In this document: piece by piece, positions 55,191 to 64,000 of the stretch
How positions within the stretch are numbered: position 1 is the first letter of the stretch
How the letters are laid out: each line of letters begins with the position of its first letter
Source: Camelus ferus
Lineage: Eukaryota
Direction of reading: 5' to 3'
DNA length: 64,000 nucleotides
Assembly: GCF_009834535.1 (NCBI RefSeq)
Contig: NC_045699.1
Coordinates: 43,214,001 to 43,278,000, forward strand
Made by a program: the position numbers and the translations under genes
Notes under the pieces: generated by a model
Told to the model about the DNA's origin: nothing
Seen by the model: the letters and a program-made list of their open reading frames with translations, nothing else
Database searches by the model: none

Positions 55191-56639
55191 CTCAGAAAAG
55201 AATGACTAGTGTGGTTGGTGCTGAAGCTCAGAGACAAAATGAGTAGATGTTCCTTTCTTTGAATGATGCTGAGCAGCTCTGTGTGCACAGCTGAGGGCTT
55301 CTGTTGGGGCTGCTATCTCCTGGCACAGACTTCTGCCCCCTTCATACTTATGCTCCATGTCATCCCTACCACCTCCGTCAAAAACTACCTCCAGGAACAT
55401 TTTGGTTTTGGTCCTTGTATCCTTGAAATTCTATATGTCTGCTTTGAGAATTGTTGCTGACTTTCCCTAGGTCAGCACCCTCACTTCTACCCTGGGAAGA
55501 GGTATCATTTTATCATCCTCCAGCTAACCTTAGGACTTCTGCTTTTTCTCATTAGGATTCTGATCCATTTCTTCCCATCTCCACTCGTGAACTCTCAAGG
55601 TCTCCTGACCAGTCTGATGCTGGCCATCTCTTTGGTACTAATTGCCCTTGGCAAACTGGATTTCTCCCACTTTTCCACATTCTAAAGACCCCTGTTGCAG
55701 CTGTTCTGCTCCTACTCACAGGGCCACTTTCGCATTTATTCTATTTTTACTTCTAAGTCTCCAGTTCCATTTACTCCAAGATTACCACTCCTGGTCACCC
55801 CGTGGATCAGCTACAACTACTTCTGGCTGACTTTTTTAGAGGGCTACTCTTTCTCTCATTTCCTCACCATTCCTAAAGAGCTTCATCAGTCCACCTCAAA
55901 CTCTCCATCTGTCCTCTTCCAAGAAGACAGTTCAAGTGGCTGGAGATGCAAACTCTATTGCACCTCCAATCTAGTCAGGTCTGATACCCTTTCCATTTCA
56001 GAGGAGCACCAAGAGGAAAAAGAAAACTCATGGAGGGAGCAGGGTGCCCTGATGTAGGTTGGTGTGGGCGGGGGCATGGCCTTGGACTGCTTTCTTGGCT
56101 GGAGCAGGTGAATTAGAACATCTGACCAGCATACGGACCCAAAAGTCTTGTCAGTGGTCACTAGCTCTGCTGCTGCTTTTATGGAAGCACCAGCTGACAC
56201 CCTGATGTCTGGACCATAGACTACTTTCTACTCCTGCAACCTGGAGTAGGGAGTAGGGAGACACGAGTAGGGAGCTAGAGAGCTTGAAGGTGGTGGTGGT
56301 GATGCTGTAGGCAGAGGGGCCCGGTGGGGATTGGTGTGCGTAAGGTCACAGGACCAGAGAGGTGAGAGCCGCCTGTAATGAAGATGAGGTGGGCACACAG
56401 GGGTAGGAGTAGGGGGCTTCTGGAAAGGAAGGATAGGGTGGACCCTGGAGCCCTCTCCCAGAAGTTGGTGGGGGTGGGCGGCAGGGAGCTGTTGGTTGTG
56501 CTCGCTTCTTGCAAGCCTGCCGGCGTACACACTCCTGTGTGCATCTGTGTAACTTACTGGGCCCGGAGGCCACTGTTGTGGCTGCTGTGTGTGTACGTGT
56601 GTGCATGGGGTGGTTGAGGGTGTCAATGGTCAGGGTCCT

Positions 56640-57300
56640 ACTCCGTGATGCCTAGGGCACCGCCGTTGGGGATGCCAGTTGTGGGGGGCGCGGCGGTTGG
56701 CGCGCGGGGTGGGAGGGGGCGGCTGGCACGCGCTGCCCCCGCGGGGACAGAAAAACATCCGCCGGAGGCCCAGCTGGGCGGCGCTCCAAGCGCGCCAGGC
56801 AGGTGCGCACAGTGAGGACGGGGAGGAAGTGAGAGCATTCCGACCCCCCAGCCGCCGGCCCTCCGGTGAGTCACCGCCTACCCCCGCCCGCCGCCGGGGC
56901 CGGATAGGCGGGACCGGCGGCAGCGGCGGGGAGATTTGGGGGCCAGAGCCCCGAGGGGCAGCCAGGCGCGGGTAGCCCGGGAAGGGTCGTGGAAACGCCC
57001 GAGAGAGTTGAGAGAAGGGGCCCCTGAGGGGTCGGGTCCAGGTTTCGCCCCGGGGGAAACTCCTTATAGACGCGGACCGCAGAGCTTGTGACTGCACCCG
57101 GGCGAGCCGCGGGGCAACGCGGGTCGAAGGGAGAGGGGTGGGGCAAAGCCGAGAGTCGAGAGTCGGGTTGAGAGGCCCAGAAACGGGAGGAAGGAGTGCA
57201 GGGCTACGGAGCGAGAGCGCGGTTGGCTGGAGTGCCGGCCCGTGGCCCCGCGCCAGGGCTAGGCCTGGGCGAGCCAGAGCCTTGGGTGGAAGGAGGCTCA
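56640..57300. promoter_or_regulatory. CpG island with no recognised protein-coding gene
   Basis: CpG-dense segment with ETS GGAAGT (56825-56830), a consensus donor ccg|GTGAGT (56866) overlapping AP-1 TGAGTCA, and a TATA-like CTATAAGG on the minus strand at about 57062-57069. Confidence 0.75.
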
Positions 57301-60142
57301 CACCGAGGTAGGAAGGGGAAAATGGCCAGTCCCCAGAGATAAGGTCTGTCCAGAGTCCAGTGCGCTGGCAGAGTGAGGGGTAGGTTAGAAAGCAGCGGGG
57401 CCTTAGGGCTCCTTGGGTACAGTTGTGGCTAGGTCACTAAAGGCTTTGAATGCCGAGCGATAAATTCGGATTTGGCCTCGCAGGTGTGGTTTCTAAGCGG
57501 GAAGAGTAGTGAGGAGCTTAAAGGCAAGGATACCTGGGTCTCGCAATGCTGCCTGCCATTCGGTCTTTGCCAAAGGATTAGGCTTTGATCTGGTTTTTAT
57601 AGTCACTTAAAATTGTATGACTACATTTATCAAACAACTTGAATAATTTTGTTGAATTTTAAAAAATAGAAAAGTTGAAAAGTCTGATTCAATATTTGAT
57701 TTAAAACCCAAAGTGAGGCTATCAAGACCCGTTACATATGAATTGAGTGTTTTCCTTTGTCTTCCTTTTGCGCTGTTTTCCCCTCGCTGATATAGGGGAA
57801 TTCTGTGTTGTTAATGCCTTGGTTCTACAGTTCTACTTTTCCTCATCATCACCTTGTGGTCTTTTTTTTTTTTTTTTTTTTTAATTAACTTCTTTTCTTT
57901 GCTGCCCTTTAACTTGCCCTATGTATCCTAAATCAAGTAAAACATTTTTGGGGATGCGGGTATTGGGCTATAATATACAAAGACAAGTAAGTAACTTAAA
58001 CTTTACCACTATGTTAGGTTACTTATTATCTTCTGTGGACATGTATGTAACTATAAAGTTTCTATATTTACTCTGTGGCTGATAGAGACAGCTAAAGCTG
58101 TTTTTCACGACAGTATTTCTATAAACATAGCAATTTATTAGTCTGATTTCTCTTCTAAAATTAATTCTACAGTGGTATTTGGTACTTGTCTCAGAAACTG
58201 ACACTAATTCTGTCATCTTTTAAATTTATTATTTTGGGCCAAAGGCAATTGCAAGGATGAGGATTGTTACAACTCATTTTAAAGATCCTTAAACTTTGCA
58301 TTTACCTTTGCCCCAAACAAGAAAATCTGGGTCAGTTAATTTTTTAAAAAGAAAATAATTTCCTACTTTGGGCCCTTGTGCTTTCTCATATGCTGTTTCA
58401 GCCCCAGCCCTATCTTACTCCCAGTGGCCTTTGCCTTCATTCCTTCTTTGCTCAGCTGGGCATCTTTAGAGGAAAACTTCACACCAACTTCCTCTACTAT
58501 AAATTCTCTCCCTCCCCTCAACTCTACACTTCACTTTGCCAACATATACCACTACTTCTTCACTGATTTAAAAACAAAACAAAACAAAACCCTTCAGCCC
58601 TTTCTGGCTCTTTTCCTTCTTTAACAGTCTCTCGTTTAAATCTTCTCTTTTTCTTCCTTTCTGTTTGGTAAGACCTCATATTTTTTAAAGGTTAGGCTTT
58701 ATTTATTCTGCACAACCCACTTCTATCTTCCTTCTTCTTCTATTACCTTTTTCTTATTCTGGACTGTTTGTAAACTCTGTTATGCTTGCTCTCACCAAGC
58801 TGCAGCTTTCACCTTGTGATTAAACATTTTTCCTCTAGATAGAGCAAAACATGCTTATGTTTCCATTATTTTTCCTGCAATAAAAAAAGTTTTCAAAGTT
58901 TTCACATCTACTTCAGTCTCTTCTTCCAACATTTTGCATCCAGAAGCATGATATAGCCATTATTGTCAAGTCCATTGAGTGACCACTTAAGCTTGGTGTT
59001 GTGCTAGGCACTCTGTAGTGTATTTCATAATCCCGGTGCCAGATTCCTAAATGCTTACCAACAATAGATGTCTCACGTGTGTATGTATGAATGTTCTCAT
59101 GTACACCTACACACGAAAGTGCACAGATAATCGAACCATAAGTCAATATATGAATATATATTCAATATATTATAATCAAGCCAGGTACATTTTGAGGTGG
59201 AAGGTGAAGATGGTTAAATTCATAGCTAGGATGGAAGGTTAAGAGACAATATCCTCTGGCTTTCTGTATCCAGACGAGAAGGATGAGAGGACAGAGTCAT
59301 TCCCGCCGAGTTAAAGAAACCTCATGAAGAAGGCTGAGTTTCAGGAGTTGAGAGAGATGACTTGTAAGACTGGTGAATGGCAGGAGGATGGGTTGGAGGG
59401 GCCAGAGTCCCAAGAACATACAGTTACTATACCCAGACAGTATTTTCTCTGGCAAAGAATATGAAAGATTTTATGGTTATAGTGCTGATTTCAACTATAG
59501 TGAAGTTTCCATTGATAGCCCATATTGAAGTTTTCCTACCTTGTCTCTGCACCATTGGAATCATTCTTACCCAATTTTTCTTAAAAAATTTTTTTTCTGC
59601 TTACAAATTGCTGCACTCACAGTTGCCCCCACCACTAATAATTAACCCTCAACTAACCACCATTAATTTTTACTGAATTCCGTATCTACTTACACACTTT
59701 AATTTTTCCTGCCTGCTCTACAGTCTCTTTGTGGTGGTAGACTTTTAAAATTCTATTTATGATTCACTTTTAGCTCATTTATAAATTGCTCTTTTTTTTT
59801 TTTTTAATTGTAGACTCAGAACTAGATATTGAAAAGACATCTAGTTCTTCATGATCTCTGAAAGATGGTCAAGTGGGTCTTTGCTTGACTGTCTCTCCTG
59901 GATGGAAGGGATTTCTGCCACATGCAGTGGAGGCTGCCCATTCTACTGTTATCTGGCTTTAGGTACTAGAGGGTTGTTCAGCTGAAATCTGCCTAGCTAT
60001 AGCATCTCATTTTTCCCCTTAGTTCTGCTCTTTGAAACAATATGGGAGAAATCTACTTGTTTTTCAATGTGGCAGCTCTTTAAAGATTTGGAAAAGCGTT
60101 TGTTTTTTGTTAGCTATTTACCTAAGTTTTTTTTTTTTACTC

Positions 60143-60350
60143 CAGCACTGTCCAAAACAACTTCCTGTGATGATAGAAATGCTCCCTGCCTGTCCCGTTT
60201 AATCAGTAGCCACTAGACACATGTGGCTATTGAGCACTTGAAATGTGGCTCGTGTGACTGAGGAATGGAATTTTAAATTTTAGTTAACTTAAGTTAATTT
60301 AAATGTAAATAACCAGATGAGGTAAGTGGCTCTTGTGTTGGTGCAGCTCT
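60143..60350 (+). mobile_element. MER3 (hAT-Charlie MITE)
   Basis: cagcactgtccaaaacaacttcctgtgatgatagaaatg...gtagccactagacacatgtggctattgagcacttgaaatgtggct...gactgaggaa matches the recalled MER3 consensus. Confidence 0.85.
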
Positions 60351-61446
60351 AAACTCTGGGAGTCAGTACATTGTCCCCTGGCTGTCTTTTGTCTGCTCCA
60401 GCAATCTTATGGTCACTTTAACCATGGTAAAAACATGTGTAACTGGGCTCTTGATCTGTCTGGAGGCCAGTCTTACATGTTGTCACAATTAGGGAAAAAA
60501 AAAAAAATCCCACAAACCCAGCCCCTAAAGCCCTTATGAGTAATGCCAGTCTTTGTTGGAAGTTTCTTAGAAGGGGTAGAAGATGAAGGTTATATCTCAT
60601 CTCCATATCTAAGCAAAACTTAAAAAAAATCCCTCATTTAATCTCTTTCCCTAAGAGTCTCTAACGTTCCCCCTCCCTTCTCTTTTCCCTTCCTCCTCAG
60701 AAGCATCTTTCCCCCTCCTCTCTGAGCCTTACTCCTCCATGCTCTTTGACCACCGCCTCTGAGCATCCTTCTCCTTGGAGGATTCTTGGGTAGCTCCTCT
60801 TCCCCCAATTCCCCTATCCTTTCGTTATCTCTGCTCAGTAAAACCAAGGAACTTTTTCTGGACCCATCTTTCTTAGGGGGTGATTAGGGCTAGAATTTCA
60901 TAAATGATTATTTTTTTCCTTTCTCACGTAATTCCTGACCTCCTCTGAGTCCTCTCAGTTTCTTATCATTGCCAGAGTCTCTGTTTAGCACTCTTGCAGA
61001 AGCAGCTCTAATGTATTCTTTTCATTCCAGATCTATTCTTGGCAAATCCTAAAGATACTTCTTCACAGTTCCCTTATCCATTTTCTTTCATTATTGTTTT
61101 TCTTATTTGGGCGTATATGTTATTTTAATAGGTTTATCTTCTCTTCACTAGTCCTCTGCATGTGGGTGGGCTGCATCCACCAAGGAAGCAGCATTCATTT
61201 CCCACGATTTTACCCAGTGCTTCATCCTTCTTTGAGTCCTCTCTTGGCTCACCATTGTTGTCCATACCTACCTCCCTTTGTTGTTTGTTGTTCTCATCTC
61301 CTTTTATTCATATATTTAATAACATTCACTATTAAAAAATCATTTTGAGGGTCTCAAATTATTTCCAGGGGACCTCATCTAAGACTCTGTACTGTGACCC
61401 AAGAGTGTGTGGATTTCTGTGGATTGAGGGTGATGGGGTTGAGGGG

Positions 61447-61668
61447 CAGAATATCCTCTCAACCATGGCACCAACGTTCTGGTCTGGATAATCCTTTGTT
61501 GCAGGGGGCAGTCCTTTGCAATGTAGGATGTTTAGCAGCATCCCTGGCCTCTACCTACTAGATGTCAGAGGTACCCTCTCAGTTGTGACAACCCAGAATG
61601 TCTCTAGACATTGCCACATGTCCTCTGGAGGGGAAATCTCACCCCAACCCCTGCATTCAGAACTACTG
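61447..61668 (-). mobile_element. MER20 (hAT-Charlie MITE)
   Basis: aatgtaggatgtttagcagcatccctggcctctacc.actagatg...cagttgtgacaacc...aatgtctctagacattgcca.atgtcc is the reverse complement of the MER20 core. Confidence 0.9.
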
Positions 61669-61769
61669 TGCTATAATATCAGCTTTCTGAAATTGACAGG
61701 TAGTTACACTTTTTCTCCCCAACTGCTGATTTGTTTTCAAAAGTGTGATCTTTGTCTTACTTCGTAGGA

Positions 61770-61910
61770 GGTAGCTTCTTAAAATTGCAGGTTTCTGAGC
61801 CCATCCTACACCTACTGAATCAGAAATGCTAGAAGCAGTATCTGGAAACTGATTTTTATAAGATAGCAGCCCCCCTCCCCAACCTGGTAATTCTTATGCC
61901 CTAGGGTTGA
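61770..61910. mobile_element. MER5-type hAT MITE fragment
   Basis: gcaggtttctgagcccatcc..cacctactgaatcagaa...ggtaattcttatgc resembles MER5A. Confidence 0.55.
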
Positions 61911-62579
61911 CCCTCCTGTGGCATAACTGCTGCATTACCCACATTTTTTCCTGCGAGTCTTCCTGGTGCTCCAGCTTTGCTTCCGCTCTTGGCCCTATGA
62001 TGCCAACACAAATAGGGAGGCCTCAGGTTACTAAGGACAACCGGGGCACAGGAAACCATAAAGGCTCAGCACTCCCACTGGCATCACAGACGAGTTGTGC
62101 CAGCTCGCTTTCTCCTTTGGGACTCAGTCATACTTCCTATTCCCCATCCCCAAATTATCCAGACTGGAAGATACCCAGGCCCAAGCCATAGACCCTGATT
62201 TTGCAGCTCTGGTGATGGAATATGGAATGGTGAGATGAGGAATGGCAAACGAAGCCCCCTGAGAGCTGATGAGATTACAAGCCTGGAGTCAGGGTGCTTC
62301 CATTAATTTATACTACTTATACTTGCTTCATTGGACCTTGAATCTTGGATCTTTTTGGATCCCTGGCTAGATGTTTTTACAATTTGCTATCCGTTAAAAG
62401 ATTTAGCAATCTACTTCTGACTGGGAGCAGCTAATTTTCACCAGGAAAATATTAGTTACCAGATAATGAATTTGGGTTCTGTTTACATTTTATTATAAAG
62501 CTAGTCATTTTTCTTAAGGAAGATCATCTGATTTGGTTAAGTCTTTAAAGCCATGAATAAGTGCAGATCTGCTTGTACT

Positions 62580-62955
62580 CAGATGCATGAAAAATGTTGA
62601 ATTGATCCAAAACTGGAGCAGGCCACCTCCATGGAACGTTCCTGGCAGGTCAGAGCAAGAGAGAATAAGGGGTGGGGTGGGGAGTAAAGTAGACTTGATA
62701 GCTCTTTTCAAACAGTTGAAGGACTGTCCTGTAGAAGAGGGGTTAGATTTACTTGATTTAGCTCCAGAAGGTGGGATAGGGACCTTTATTCCAGATGACA
62801 GTGGTGGAGGACAAATTTTGACTTATTAAGGAAAGAATATTTGAATAGTTAGAGGACCTCAAGTTGGAATGAGCTGAACTGTTAGACAGTGAATTATTTG
62901 TGACTGTGTTGTTTATATAGAGGTTAGATTATCATTTGCACAAGGGTTGGATGAG
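62580..62955 (+). mobile_element. L3/CR1 LINE 3' fragment
   Basis: gatagctcttttcaaacagttgaaggactgtcctgtagaagaggggttagattt...taaggaaagaatattt...tagttagagg is L3 3'-like. Confidence 0.6.
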
Positions 62956-63319
62956 ATTTTTGGACATTAAATTGTGTTTGACCTATAAGGAGAAACAGGC
63001 AAATTTTTTGGAAGTCAATTCACCCTTTCTGTTATATGATTCTGTGGTAGCTTTTATAGTGTTACTATTTTCCTAGGCACCTCTACCAAGTTTACCCCAT
63101 TAAGTCATTGAATATTAAGAGTTGGTAGTAGAGTCTTTAGAGAGTTCTCAAATGTTGTACCCGAGTCCTCTGTTGATTCCTCAAGAATGATGCAGAGGTA
63201 GTTGAGAAATATAATGAAGGATATCTGGGGCACTGAGCAATCTTGCTTTTTTTTTTCCTCCTGGGGGTGGGGGTTCTGCTGAAACCCAAACCAAACCAAA
63301 AAACCCTTAAGGACCCTGA

Positions 63320-63465
63320 TATTTCAGATTCTTCATTTATTGACAGGAAAACTGATACATGGAGCAGGGAAGTGTCTTGCCAAAGATCGTACAGCTAATA
63401 AGTTTCAGAGTTGGAATTCAGATCTAGCTCCTCTAATTCCAATCATTTGTTTCTTCCACTCTACT
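63320..63465 (-). mobile_element. MIR fragment
   Basis: caggaaaactga...gtgtcttgccaaagatcgtacagctaataagt..cagagttggaattcaga is the reverse-complement MIR core. Confidence 0.65.
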
Positions 63466-64000
63466 AGTTTACCTTCTTATAATTTGGTAAAAGTTTTCTT
63501 TCCACTTTTCTGGCCACCAGTATAATCCATAATTTTATTTCTTTGGATCCACTATTCTCTATTAGCCACTGAACTCTCCCTGCTGTCCAATCTCTGTTTC
63601 TTCTGGTTTATGTTATATACACTGTTACCACGTTATTCCTCATCAAACATTGTCTTCAGCATGAGATTTCCCTGCTGAAGAACCTTCTCCCTATTGCCTG
63701 TAAGAACTTTACAGCTTGACGCATAGTTAGCATTTTTGGATCCTTGTTCTACTAACTGAATTTGAGCCCATTCTGTTATGGGTAATAAATGGGCTACGGA
63801 ATGGTGAGATTAACTGAGTCCTCCCTACCCCTGGACTACAACTTTGACAGGATTTTTGTGTATCCAGTTTTAATCAGGGATGATAAGATACAAAAGAAAT
63901 AGAAGATCGCAGCTCATAAAAAGCAAGTTGTATTACAATAAGTATAATATAATCCAATTTATATGACACATACTTGTATTTTTTAAAAACTAGAATGAGA

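Noticed and set aside
56630-57301. 223-aa minus-strand ORF in the orphan CpG island
   Set aside because: It starts at GTG, is Pro/Arg/Ala/Gly-rich as expected for stop-poor GC DNA, and has no recognisable homology. The island is kept as a finding but not this ORF.

Overview
Mammalian genomic DNA, probably laurasiatherian, syntenic to the human 9p13.3 TLN1-CREB3-GBA2-RGP1-MSMP block. I traced exons by hand from GT/AG boundaries and recalled ortholog sequences. Genes found: TLN1 (minus, 56 coding exons, 2541 aa once one extra base is discounted), CREB3 (plus, 9 coding exons), GBA2 (minus, 17 exons, 927 aa), RGP1 (plus, 391 aa) and MSMP (minus, 135 aa). TLN1/CREB3 and GBA2/RGP1 share bidirectional CpG-island promoters. 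CREB3/GBA2 and RGP1/MSMP end tail-to-tail. A third CpG island at about 56.6-57.3 kb has no recognisable protein gene. The recognised repeats are old (Charlie1a-like with TSD, MER3, MER20, MER5, MIR, L2, L3/CR1, an L1 tail), and I saw no young lineage-specific SINE. Main anomalies: (1) three +1 insertions, in TLN1 exon 21, CREB3 exon 4 and a 52-nt ortholog of the TLN1 cassette exon 17b. The one in essential TLN1 suggests assembly indel errors, so the other two need read-level checking. (2) A predicted CREB3 5'-leader intron and an overlapping uORF. (3) Loss of the first MSMP Met. (4) A degenerate telomere-like tract in TLN1 intron 1. Four N-gaps are present, three of them overlapping coding exons. 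I found no convincing new multi-gene system; the findings are gene-structure and regulatory curiosities.
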